A program made the translations under genes and the position numbers. From contig NZ_WUUQ01000002.1 in assembly GCF_009831105.1 (NCBI RefSeq), forward strand, positions 450,001 through 482,000: a stretch of DNA of 32,000 nt, given 5' to 3'. A model generated the notes under the pieces. The model saw nothing but the letters and a program-made list of their open reading frames with translations. It searched no databases and had not been told where the DNA came from. How positions within the stretch are numbered: the first letter of the stretch is position 1; every line of letters starts with the position of its first letter. Positions 1 to 12,059 of this stretch are shown in pieces. The DNA is from Copranaerobaculum intestinale (lineage in GTDB: Bacteria; Bacillota_I; Bacilli_A; Erysipelotrichales; Erysipelotrichaceae).

Positions 1-1
1 G

Positions 2-385
2 TTTCAAAATTATGCCTTGATTGATAATGAGAGTGTTGAAAGTAACTTGAAAATTGCTTTGGAGTATACAAAACAAAAAAAAGATAGAAATATCTTGGTG
101 AATGCGTTAAAGCAGGTACATTTAGATGAGGATATGTTAAAGAAGAAAATCTTTACGTTATCAGGAGGAGAACAGCAGCGGGTGGCGATGGCACGAGTCA
201 TATTGAAGCCTTGCAGTGTGGTTTTGGCAGATGAACCGACCGGAAATCTGGATGAATCCAATAAAATGGAAATTTTTAAATTATTAAAACAGATGGCAGA
301 TCAGGGAAAAATTGTTATTATGGTGACGCATGATCAATTTTTGTCTGAACAATGTGATCAGAGAATCGATTTAGTAAAAGCGTAA
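2..385 (+). CDS. ABC transporter ATP-binding protein, C-terminal part (5' end outside window)
   Basis: The frame is open from base 2 (FQNYALIDNE...). The translation has the ABC signature LSGGEQQRVAMAR, Walker B VVLADEPTGNLD and H-loop VTHD. The M at 17 in the ORF track is an internal TTG codon. Confidence 0.85.
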   Translation, partial: FQNYALIDNESVESNLKIALEYTKQKKDRNILVNALKQVHLDEDMLKKKIFTLSGGEQQRVAMARVILKPCSVVLADEPTGNLDESNKMEIFKLLKQMADQGKIVIMVTHDQFLSEQCDQRIDLVKA

Positions 386-416
386 AAGAGAACAGAAATA
401 TCTATTCTCTTTTTTA
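385..416 (+). terminator. intrinsic terminator after the ABC ATPase gene
   Basis: AAAGAGAA (385-392) pairs with TTCTCTTT (405-412) and is followed by a T-run. Confidence 0.5.
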
Positions 417-577
417 TTTGATTTTATGAATTGATAAAATAGATATTCAACCGTGAAAGCATATTGGAATTACATGGTAAAAAAACTGTGTGTGTCAATA
501 ATATTTATGCTTGACTCTGCCATTGGGGGAGACTTTACAATGATGTTGATTCGCATACTATACGAAAGGAACTTCAC

Positions 578-2833
578 ATGTCAAAAAACAATTCTATTGT
601 GATAAAAGGGCTGCATCAGAATAATCTGAAGGATGTTTCTTTATCAATTCCGAAAGGGAAAATTATCGTTTTTACAGGAGTATCTGGATCAGGGAAGTCC
701 AGTATCGTATTTGATACGATAGCTGCCGAAAGTCAACGGCAGATGAATGAAACTTATAGTGCTTTTATCCGTAGCCGTCTGCCGAAATATGAGAAACCAA
801 AGGTTGATTTTATTGATCATTTAAATGCTTCGGTGATCATTGATCAAAGCCGATTACAGGGGAATGCACGATCGACTGTAGGGACGATCAGTGATCTATA
901 TTCAGCGCTTCGCCTCCTATTTTCACGGATCGGACAGCCAACTCTCGGCAGTGCATCTGCTTTTTCCTTTAATGATCCGAAAGGCATGTGTCCGCACTGC
1001 TTTGGATTGGGAAAAGTGGTGGAGCTAGATCTAAGTACCTCTTTGGATCCTGATAAATCTATGCGCGAGGGGATGATTGATCTGCCTGCTTTTCATCCGG
1101 GTAATTGGTATTATAAGCAATATGCAGAATCAGGACTGTTTGATTTGGATAAACCGCTAAGAGATTACAGCGAAACAGAGTATAATTTGTTAATGTACGG
1201 GGCAAAGGAAAAGGGCGGCAAACAAGTTCATAAACGTATTGAGGGTATTTATAATCATATGTCACGGCTGTTGATTAATCGGGATCATGCAAGTGCATCC
1301 GATGTTTCAAAGAAGCGTTTAGCCTCCATGATTCAGCAAAGAGATTGTCCGGTATGCATGGGTAAACGGCTTCATGAAAAAGTGCTGAGATGTAAAATTA
1401 ATGGATACCATATCGCGGAGTTATCTGATATGGAGTTTTTAGAACTGCGTGAGGTATTACAGCAGATCAATGATCCCAGGGCACAGACCATCCTTGACAC
1501 TTTGTGTGCAGCTTTAACCAGGATGATCGAGATCGGCCTTCCGTATTTGAGCATGAACCGTGAATCCTCCACTTTATCCGGAGGTGAGGCGCAGCGTTTG
1601 AAGCTGGTACGCTATATGGGGAGCTCACTGACTGGCTTGACCTATATCTTTGATGAACCCAGCACAGGAATGCATCCGCGCGATGTTTATCGGATGACAC
1701 GTCTGTTAAAGAGTTTACGCGATCGAGGCAATACTGTGTTGGTGGTCGAGCATGATAAGGATGTGATCCGCATAGCGGATGAGGTAATTGATGTCGGGCC
1801 GTTGGCTGGAGTAAACGGCGGTCAGATCACGTTTCAAGGTACCTATGAACAGCTGCTTGTCTCTCATACATTAACTGGCGATGCTATGCGGGAACTGATA
1901 CCTTTGAAAACCAAGCCTCGACCTGCAATAGAATTTTTGCCGATTAAGGATGCTCATCTGCATAATTTAAAACATTTGTCTGTTGATATCCCATTACATA
2001 TTCTGACCGTGGTTACCGGTGTGGCTGGATCAGGTAAGAGTACCTTGATAGGCGATGTATTTTCAAAAATGTATGCAGATCGTGTGGTCATGATTGATCA
2101 GTCGCCGATTACGGCTACCGGTCGTTCTACGCCGGCGACATTTTTAGATTTCAGTAATGATATTCGGAGGTTGATGGCAGATGCATCGCAGGCTGAAGCA
2201 GCGATGTTCTCTTTCAACAGCAAGGGTGCTTGTCCGCATTGTAATGGAAAAGGGATAGTGGTGACAGAACTAGTATTTATGGATCCGGTGACGACAGTCT
2301 GTGAAGCATGTGAAGGGAAACGATACAGTGAAGCAGCGTTATCCTATCACTATCAGGGTAAAAATATTGCGCAGATTATGGAAATGAGCGTCGAAGAAGC
2401 AATTTCTTTCTTTGCCTCTTCTGCGAAAATACAACGCAGGCTGAAATCGCTGGCAGAAGTAGGATTATCCTACTTATCCCTTGGTCAGCCGTTATCTACA
2501 CTTTCCGGTGGGGAGCGGCAGCGATTGAAGCTTGCGAAGCATTTACATAGGAAAGGAACTATTTTTGTCCTGGATGAACCGACAACCGGACTTCACGCTT
2601 CGGACTGTAAAGAGATCATGAAACTGTTGGAAGGCTTTGTAAGGCAAGGAAATACAGTTATCATTATCGAGCATAATCTTGATGTGATGAAGCAGGCAGA
2701 TTATATCATTGATATCGGGCCGGATGGCGGTACGGCAGGAGGAGAGGTAGTATTTACCGGTACACCGCAGGAAATGGTTGAACGTAGCAATACGATCACC
2801 GCTCAGTATTTAAAAAAGGCTTGCGGTTTGTAA
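578..2833 (+). CDS. UvrA-like double ABC ATPase (UvrA paralogue lacking the UvrB-binding domain)
   Basis: ATG start. There are two ABC modules: Walker A GVSGSGKSS and GVAGSGKST, signatures LSGGEAQRLKL and LSGGERQRLKL, Walker B IFDEPSTGMH and VLDEPTTGLH. UvrA-type zinc motifs are present (CPHCFGLG, CPVCMGKR, CPHCNGKG, CEACEGKR). At 751 aa it is about 190 aa shorter than a canonical UvrA. Confidence 0.85.
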   Translation: MSKNNSIVIKGLHQNNLKDVSLSIPKGKIIVFTGVSGSGKSSIVFDTIAAESQRQMNETYSAFIRSRLPKYEKPKVDFIDHLNASVIIDQSRLQGNARSTVGTISDLYSALRLLFSRIGQPTLGSASAFSFNDPKGMCPHCFGLGKVVELDLSTSLDPDKSMREGMIDLPAFHPGNWYYKQYAESGLFDLDKPLRDYSETEYNLLMYGAKEKGGKQVHKRIEGIYNHMSRLLINRDHASASDVSKKRLASMIQQRDCPVCMGKRLHEKVLRCKINGYHIAELSDMEFLELREVLQQINDPRAQTILDTLCAALTRMIEIGLPYLSMNRESSTLSGGEAQRLKLVRYMGSSLTGLTYIFDEPSTGMHPRDVYRMTRLLKSLRDRGNTVLVVEHDKDVIRIADEVIDVGPLAGVNGGQITFQGTYEQLLVSHTLTGDAMRELIPLKTKPRPAIEFLPIKDAHLHNLKHLSVDIPLHILTVVTGVAGSGKSTLIGDVFSKMYADRVVMIDQSPITATGRSTPATFLDFSNDIRRLMADASQAEAAMFSFNSKGACPHCNGKGIVVTELVFMDPVTTVCEACEGKRYSEAALSYHYQGKNIAQIMEMSVEEAISFFASSAKIQRRLKSLAEVGLSYLSLGQPLSTLSGGERQRLKLAKHLHRKGTIFVLDEPTTGLHASDCKEIMKLLEGFVRQGNTVIIIEHNLDVMKQADYIIDIGPDGGTAGGEVVFTGTPQEMVERSNTITAQYLKKACGL

Positions 2834-2861
2834 AAAGCAATCCGCATGCTGACGGACTGCT

Positions 2862-3887
2862 TCAATGATCACCCGAATTTTTCCATGTATCGATCAGCTG
2901 CAAATAGTACTGCTTGCGATCATCCTTGAGAAAGGCCGCTTCCACTGAATTACGGCACAATTCCAGCAATTCCCGGTCGCTAAAGTACAGCTCTTTTTGT
3001 AGAATTTCATATTCCTGATCAAGCGTGCTGTCAATGATCGTCATATCGTCTGTATTCACGGTAACCAACAGCCCTTGATCAAAATATGAACGGATCGGAT
3101 GATGCTTATAATTGTCGATGACTTCACATACATAATTGCTGCGCACACAGGATTCCAGCGGTATTCTCTGTTCCTTCAGCCGCAATAATAGCTTGGGATC
3201 ATCAATTGCGGAAACACCGTGTCCAATGCGGCTGGCACCCATTTCAAGCGCTTCCTTAATATGTTCAACCGGGCCGTTTTCACCGGCATGAATGGTGAAA
3301 GGAATCTTAAAATGCTTTGCTTTTTCAAAGAATGGCCGATAGGCTGAGAATGGCTTGACACCTTCTGGTCCGGCGATATCAAGCGCACATACACCACGAT
3401 TCAGATATTCATGGCAAAGCTGTACGGTTTCCCAATTTTCAGCATCGTTATCAAATGGAAATACCATCATACAGGTAATCAGCTGTATCTCGATTTGCGG
3501 GAATTCTTTTGATGCTTGCCGTACCCCTGACAGCACAGCTTCTATAACCTGCCGTTGGGTCAAGCCTTCTTTGATGTGCTGCTGCGGAGCGAATCGTATT
3601 TCGGCATACACCACACCTGATTCAGCTAACTGTTTAATCAAATCCTTGGTACAGAAAAACAGTGCTTCTTCATCCTGAAGCAATGCCAGCGGCAAATCAA
3701 AACAATCGAGAATCTCATGAAGACTGTGACAGTTGGGATGTACCTGCATGCGGTTTCGAAAAGCTTCATAGCCTTGTTCCAGCAGTTCTGGACGCCGGGT
3801 CTTAGCTAATTTCCATGCGGTCATGCATGGCAAAGAGCCATCCAAATGCAGGTGGAGATCGAATTTTGGAAATGAATAAGCTTTCAT
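2862..3887 (-). CDS. add: adenosine deaminase
   Basis: The metal and catalytic motifs HLHLDGS, IHAGE and TVNTDD are present. The ORF-track start at 3905 has no SD. The second ATG at 3887 is preceded by AAAGGAAA and gives MKAYSFPKFDLHLHLDGS. Confidence 0.85.
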   Translation of the reverse strand: MKAYSFPKFDLHLHLDGSLPCMTAWKLAKTRRPELLEQGYEAFRNRMQVHPNCHSLHEILDCFDLPLALLQDEEALFFCTKDLIKQLAESGVVYAEIRFAPQQHIKEGLTQRQVIEAVLSGVRQASKEFPQIEIQLITCMMVFPFDNDAENWETVQLCHEYLNRGVCALDIAGPEGVKPFSAYRPFFEKAKHFKIPFTIHAGENGPVEHIKEALEMGASRIGHGVSAIDDPKLLLRLKEQRIPLESCVRSNYVCEVIDNYKHHPIRSYFDQGLLVTVNTDDMTIIDSTLDQEYEILQKELYFSDRELLELCRNSVEAAFLKDDRKQYYLQLIDTWKNSGDH

Positions 3888-3937
3888 ATAAGAATTTCCT
3901 TTCATGTGCTTGTATCAAGTATTCTGTCTTTGACAGC

Positions 3938-3966
3938 ATTATAGCATAAAGAAAGCGGAAATTTAA
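3938..3966 (-). promoter_or_regulatory. candidate sigma-A promoter for add (extended -10)
   Basis: On the minus strand the sequence reads TTAAAT-N17-TATAAT with a TGc extension (TGCTATAAT is the reverse complement of 3938-3946). Confidence 0.3.
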
Positions 3967-4092
3967 CGAGAGCTGTTATCAGAGGAAGCATTTTTACGTC
4001 GAATTGCTGGAAAATATAAAGGCAGAAAAAAGTAATAAAACTGCCGAGAGAGTTATCAATCATCTGCATCATCGCTGATTATCAAGAAGTGC

Positions 4093-4120
4093 TTGTAATT
4101 TTTTTTAGTTGTGGTAAAAT
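4093..4120 (+). promoter_or_regulatory. candidate sigma-A promoter of the pyr operon
   Basis: TTGTAA (4093-4098), a 16-nt spacer, then TGgTAAAAT as an extended -10 (TAAAAT at 4115-4120). Confidence 0.35.
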
Positions 4121-4130
4121 ATCACCAGAA

Positions 4131-5139
<1,009 letters not shown>

Positions 5140-5155
5140 ATCAACAGGAGGATTT

Positions 5156-7506
<2,351 letters not shown>

Positions 7507-7507
<1 letters not shown>

Positions 7508-8145
7508 TGGATACAGAAAAATTGACAGCGAAAGCATTGTTGGATATCGAAGCAGTATTTTTAAGACCCAATGATCCGTTTACTTGGGCTAGCGGCATCA
7601 AAGCACCCATTTATTGCGACAACCGTTTGATTTTATCCTATCCAAAGAAACGTGATCAGATTGTCGAGGGCTTTGTTGAACTGATCAAACGGGATTATCC
7701 GGAAGCTGAAGTACTGATGGGTACGGCAACCGCCGGTATTCCTTGGGCTGCCTGCATTGCTCAGAAGATGAATCTGCCGATGGGCTATGTAAGAAGCTCT
7801 AATAAATCACATGGCAAGGAAAATAAAATCGAGGGTCGAATTGCCAAGGGACAGAAGGTAGTTGTCATCGAGGATTTGATTTCAACCGGCGGTTCATCGA
7901 AGGGCGTGGTAGAAGCGCTGCGCGAGGCCGGTGCGGAGGTATTGGGGGTTGCTGCGATCTTTACCTATTTGTTGCCGGCAGCGAAGGCAATGTACGCGTC
8001 GATTGATGTTCCGTTCTCCACGCTCAGTAACTATGATGTACTGATCGATGTGGCAGTTGAAAATAACTATATCAAAACTGAGGATCAGGCAAAGCTGAAT
8101 GCTTGGAAGCAAGACCCAAATGATGCTTCTTGGGTGAATTTATAA
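7507..8145 (+). CDS. pyrE: orotate phosphoribosyltransferase
   Basis: A TAATG overlap joins it to the pyrF stop. The PRPP-binding motif [13 protein letters not shown] is present. Confidence 0.9.
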
Positions 8146-8175
8146 ATGTTGATAAATTGTATATATAAACAAAGT

Positions 8176-8193
8176 ATAAATTTCTAATTATCT
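8176..8193. repeat. Tn916 terminal imperfect inverted repeat, int end
   Basis: ATAAATTTCTAATTATCT matches the reverse complement of 26176-26193 (ATAAAAATCTAGTTATCC) at 14 of 18 positions. Confidence 0.75.
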
Positions 8194-8212
8194 TTTTATA
8201 TTTTCTTAAATG

Positions 8213-8250
8213 CTCGTAAAGCCTTATTCTATGTGCTTTCGAGTATTTTT
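8213..8250 (+). terminator. inward-facing terminator-like hairpin just inside the int end
   Basis: CTCG(T)AAAGC (8213-8222) pairs with GCTTTCGAG (8235-8243), giving 9 bp with one bulge. It is followed by TATTTTT on the plus strand only. Confidence 0.35.
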
Positions 8251-8307
8251 ACTGTAGGAAGATACTTCACGTTTCTTTGCATATTTCCTCATGTCTTAGC
8301 TGTCAGA

Positions 8308-8329
8308 AGTGGTAAATAAGTAGTAAATT
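8308..8329 (+). repeat. DR-2 arm-type Int-binding repeats (tandem pair, 11-bp phase)
   Basis: AGTGGTAAAT (8308-8317) and AGTAGTAAATT (8319-8329). The same 11-mer recurs in the same orientation at the other end of the element. Confidence 0.75.
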
Positions 8330-8340
8330 CATTTGTACTA

Positions 8341-9558
8341 CTAAGCAACAAGACGCTCCTGTTGCTTCTCTTTATTCAAGCGTTTCATTTCTGCCATTGC
8401 AGAATCGAATGTTGCATGTGCGTAATAGTTCAGCGTCATGGCTATATTAGCATGTCCCATAATGTACTGTAATGCCTTTGGATTCATTCCTGCATTTGCA
8501 TAGTTGGTACAGAATGTATGTCGCAAACTATGTGGAGTGATGTGTGGCAATTTATCCTCGTTATACTTATTGTATTTCTTAACAAGACCTTTCATCATGC
8601 CGTTGTAATCACTTGCCACTTTTGGATAGTTCTTTCTATTAAGAAAGAGGAAATCACTATATCCATCAATCTCAACACGCTTATCATTCTTTCGATTCGC
8701 TAACACTCGCTTAAATGCTTGATAGGCTTCTTCAACCATAGGAACTTGACGTTCGCCACTTTTGGTCTTTGGTGTTTCAATGTAGTACCCAATTTCAGTA
8801 TCTCTCAATAGCTGATGGTCTATATTGACAAGACGATTCTCAAAATCTAAATCTGGAAGTGTCAAACCACCAAACTCTGAAATACGAAGACCTGTTTTTA
8901 AGAGTATCAGAATTTCATCATAATTTTTGCTGTAGGTTTTATCAGCTTTTGCAAAGGCTAACAGTTTTTCTTCCTGTTCTTCTGTTAGTACGGTCTTAGG
9001 GACAGTATCATCATCAAGAACTGCTTTCAGTTGAAAGTCAAATGGATTCTTCCGAACACAATCATCTTGTATAGCAATATAGAATGAAGCCTTTAAAGAA
9101 CGTTTGTAGTTATTGATGGTTTGATAAGCATAACCATTTTCACTCATTCTAATAGCCCATTCTTTAGCGTCTGATGGCTTAATACTGTCAATACTTCTTA
9201 CACCTAACTTGTCTTTCTTCAAAATATCCATAAGATATTTGCGTCCAGTTTCAGTGTTTTTTCTAACCTTTGGTCTTTGAGCGTTCTGTTTTGCGTAAAG
9301 CTGGCAGAGTGTCATTTTCTTTCCTACAACATCAATACCATCATGAATGTCTTTCTGTAACTCTGCGATTTTCTCTCTAAGTGAGATACAATCACGCTTT
9401 CCTGCTGGTACTCGGTCTGTAGCCACAAGTTTCCACGAGTAAACAAATTGCGGTTCTCCAAATGAATCTATATATTTGTATAAGTATCTTCCGTCTTTTC
9501 GTTGGCTCTCTCCAGTCTTTAAGATTCGACCTTTATTGTCACGTCTTTTTTCTGACAT
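8341..9558 (-). CDS. int: Tn916 integrase (tyrosine recombinase)
   Basis: 405 aa, ATG start. The N-terminal arm-binding domain begins MSEKRRDNKGRILKTGESQRKDGRYLYKY. The C-terminal catalytic residues (R...HSLRHT...MGHANIAMTLNYY) are present. Confidence 0.97.
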   Translation of the reverse strand: MSEKRRDNKGRILKTGESQRKDGRYLYKYIDSFGEPQFVYSWKLVATDRVPAGKRDCISLREKIAELQKDIHDGIDVVGKKMTLCQLYAKQNAQRPKVRKNTETGRKYLMDILKKDKLGVRSIDSIKPSDAKEWAIRMSENGYAYQTINNYKRSLKASFYIAIQDDCVRKNPFDFQLKAVLDDDTVPKTVLTEEQEEKLLAFAKADKTYSKNYDEILILLKTGLRISEFGGLTLPDLDFENRLVNIDHQLLRDTEIGYYIETPKTKSGERQVPMVEEAYQAFKRVLANRKNDKRVEIDGYSDFLFLNRKNYPKVASDYNGMMKGLVKKYNKYNEDKLPHITPHSLRHTFCTNYANAGMNPKALQYIMGHANIAMTLNYYAHATFDSAMAEMKRLNKEKQQERLVA

Positions 9559-9639
9559 GGCATTTGCTCCTTTCCTTTATGGAAAGAGCCTTGATACGAC
9601 TTAATACTATTTTATCATATACAAGACCCTTTGGCGACG

Positions 9640-9843
9640 CTAGATTGCGTCCAATGTATCTATAATTTTTTCAAATTGTTTTCGTTTAATCTGAATACGA
9701 TTGCCATTCATAATCAGCCAATTTGCATTTTTATTTTCCTCTGCCAAGCGTCGTAGCTTGTTTTCGCCAATACGAAAATATTTTGACGCTTCTTCAATGG
9801 TTAGGGTATAACGTTCCCAAATAGGAATGTCAGTCTGCTTCAT
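9640..9843 (-). CDS. xis: Tn916 excisionase
   Basis: 67 aa, [23 protein letters not shown]..., a winged-helix Xis located directly upstream of int. Confidence 0.95.
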
Positions 9844-10303
9844 AAAATCCTCCTTTCCAAATCACTTATTTGGATTTCATAAAAGTTGTTTTACCAGCAA
9901 TCGAACAGCTTTAGCAAAGCTCACGGGAGTTCCACCCCTGCATGGTTCTCATGTAGCCATACTCATTGCCTGCGACGGTTTTATCACGCTCGGACTATTG
10001 ACTGTATGGGAGTATCATTATCACGATAAGAATGTCGTTGCAGGCAATCCTGCTAAAGATTGCTTCTCGGATCACTAACATGAATCGCTCGCTATCTTTA
10101 TAAGATAGGTCATGGCGGTTAGTTCCGTTGGCTCTTTTCTTATCGAAACGTATTCGATTACTTTTATTCAGTTTTCAAAGAACAATGGCTCGTTAGCCTA
10201 TCAAAACACATTGAAAGCTCAATATGCTTTGGTGGAATAACAAACCTCCCTGTTCGGGAAGCGTGGAATGGTTTAGCACGCTTCCACGAAAGGAGAGAGG
10301 ATA

Positions 10304-10534
10304 TTACTTAATTTCAAATGACAAAATCTTTGTAATCAGTCTGGTTTCCATTCTTCCACGTAAGACTTCATCAACGACCATACTTTGATTGCCATATTCA
10401 TCTTTCATAAGTCGTAGGGAACGCTTCGTTATGTACCCTCTGTAATGATGTAGAATCTGGTTAATCGCTTCGGTATCGCCATCTGTTGCCTTTACAATGA
10501 GAGGAAAGGGAATCATAGGATATTGTGTTTTCAT
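10304..10534 (-). CDS. orf8: Tn916 Orf8 (regulatory module, helix-turn-helix-like small protein)
   Basis: 76 aa. An ATGA overlap joins it to the orf7 stop, in the canonical position between orf7 and xis. Confidence 0.85.
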   Translation of the reverse strand: MKTQYPMIPFPLIVKATDGDTEAINQILHHYRGYITKRSLRLMKDEYGNQSMVVDEVLRGRMETRLITKILSFEIK

Positions 10535-10953
10535 TCTTCAAATTCCTCCATAAACTTTTTAATTAAGGCTAGTCCACTGGTTCTATGCCGATAGACAGTA
10601 GAACGGTTCAATTTCAACAGGTCTGCAATTTCTGAATCGCTCATGTCCATAAAGTAAAACAGCAGTAGAATTTCACGTTTCTTGTCTGGCAACTCACGTA
10701 ATGCTTCACTCAACAAATCATTTTCAACGCCTACTGATAACCCATTGAGTGTAAAAATCTGAAAGTCAGTTGAATAGTTATCTGTTGTCGCAAACTGGCT
10801 AACAAGATAATCGCCAACATCCGAAAAGGACACCTCACGCTTTGCAATCCTTGAAAGATAAAGCATATAATTCTTTCGCTCGTCTTCCATAGCACGTTTA
10901 CAGATATAGTCAAACTGATTTTCTATTGTGGTCTGAAAAGAAGATGGTTTCAT
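10531..10953 (-). CDS. orf7: Tn916 Orf7 (sigma-70 region-4-like regulator)
   Basis: The ATG at 10953 lies 6 nt after the GAAAGGGGGTG SD. The ORF-track start at 10962 is a GTG inside that SD. The C-terminal region-4-like HTH reads MSDSEIADLLKLNRSTVYRHR. Confidence 0.85.
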   Translation of the reverse strand: MKPSSFQTTIENQFDYICKRAMEDERKNYMLYLSRIAKREVSFSDVGDYLVSQFATTDNYSTDFQIFTLNGLSVGVENDLLSEALRELPDKKREILLLFYFMDMSDSEIADLLKLNRSTVYRHRTSGLALIKKFMEEFEE

Positions 10954-11457
10954 GTTTCTCACCCCCTTTCTGTCTAGGAAAGGAAGTGAGCCTTGCTCGT
11001 TTATCTCCTTTCACTCTTAGTCCCAATGTGAAAGGGGGATTTGTTGCATTACTGATAAATAAACTTTGTAAAAAAGTTCTGAATAGCCAAAAAAGCATAT
11101 AAACAGATTTATTTCTCTGTTTACATGCTTCTGTTATTCTATCTATATGATTTATAAAACCACATTGGTGGACGTACTTATCTATTGCAGATAGACGACT
11201 TTTTTTGACAAGAACCCAATGTAAGGAAATTTATTGTATATGATGTACTTCATGGCGACGTTGACCTCCAACAAACCGCCATTTGGAAGTAATATACAAT
11301 ATTTTAACAGCGTAAATAGCACTACCATATAACGGTTTTTTTTATTGGCGTTTAGTAGTGCTTTTTATTAAATATAAACCTATAAACCATATAACACGTT
11401 TTTCTATACCTGTTTTTAATTCAGTAGGAACAATAAAATGTATAGAGGTGGTCTACT

Positions 11458-11811
11458 ATGCGTAAAAAAGAAGATAAATATGATTTTAGAGCCTTTGGTT
11501 TAGCCATTAAAGAAGCTCGATTGAAACGAGGTTTAACTCGTGAACAAGTGGGAGCATTGATTGAAATTGACCCACGGTACTTAACTAATATTGAAAATAA
11601 AGGGCAACACCCCAGCATACAAGTTCTTTATGACCTTGTATCGTTACTTCATGTTTCCGTTGATGAATTTTTCTTACCTGCTAATAACTTGGTAAAAAGC
11701 ACCCGACGATTACAGATAGAGAAATACATGGATAGCTTTACAGACAAAGAACTATCCTTAATGGAATCTTTAGCCAGCGGTATCAACGAAGCAAGAAACA
11801 TCGAAGACTAA
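11458..11811 (+). CDS. orf9: Tn916 Orf9 (XRE-family HTH repressor-like protein)
   Basis: 117 aa with SD AGAGGTGG. The HTH reads [25 protein letters not shown]. It is the only canonical Tn916 gene on the opposite strand. Confidence 0.88.
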   Translation: MRKKEDKYDFRAFGLAIKEARLKRGLTREQVGALIEIDPRYLTNIENKGQHPSIQVLYDLVSLLHVSVDEFFLPANNLVKSTRRLQIEKYMDSFTDKELSLMESLASGINEARNIED

Positions 11812-11836
11812 TTAAAAGAATCCATACATAACGGAA

Positions 11837-11881
11837 AGAGCCGATAAAATGAGATTGTATTAATCTCATTTTATCGGCTCT
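11837..11881. terminator. 20-bp perfect hairpin between convergent orf9 and orf6 (bidirectional terminator candidate)
   Basis: AGAGCCGATAAAATGAGATT (11837-11856) pairs with AATCTCATTTTATCGGCTCT (11862-11881) around a 5-nt loop. No clean U-run follows on either strand. Confidence 0.5.
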
Positions 11882-12059
11882 GCGTCTTTGCGTCTGGCTC
11901 TGTAATCACAGTTACTTTGAACTGCTTTATTTCAATTAAATTTTCTTGTCTGCATTTCGGACAATAGAGGGGGAATTTTTTTAATTCAGTATCTTCCCTT
12001 ATCTTTAATCGTGTTTTATTTCCACATACAGGACACAATATCCACTTGTAGTTTATAAT
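11871..12059 (-). CDS. orf6: small cysteine-rich (CxxC...CxxC, KTR-type) protein, Tn916 orf6 position; no ATG start
   Basis: A minus-strand frame is open from 12080 to the TAA at 11873-11871. It encodes (I)INYKWILCPVCGNKTRLKIREDTELKKFPLYCPKCRQENLIEIKQFKVTVITEPDAKTQSR. A strong SD GGAGGAG (reverse complement of 12066-12072) lies 6 nt before the ATT at 12059. The ORF is below the track's size cutoff. Confidence 0.5.
   Translation of the reverse strand: MINYKWILCPVCGNKTRLKIREDTELKKFPLYCPKCRQENLIEIKQFKVTVITEPDAKTQSR

Noticed and set aside
9827-10078. 83-aa plus-strand ORF between xis and orf8 (possibly the historical Tn916 orf5)
   Set aside because: It has no usable SD (ATG directly abuts AATAGGA). 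It overlaps the xis start in antisense, and its product is Cys/His/Phe-rich and non-protein-like. I cannot confirm from memory which strand orf5 was assigned to, so it is not reported as a gene.
10910-11098. 62-aa minus-strand ORF overlapping the orf7 start
   Set aside because: It runs through the orf7 SD-sequestering hairpin region and into orf7 in another frame, and it has no SD. It is more likely untranslated leader.
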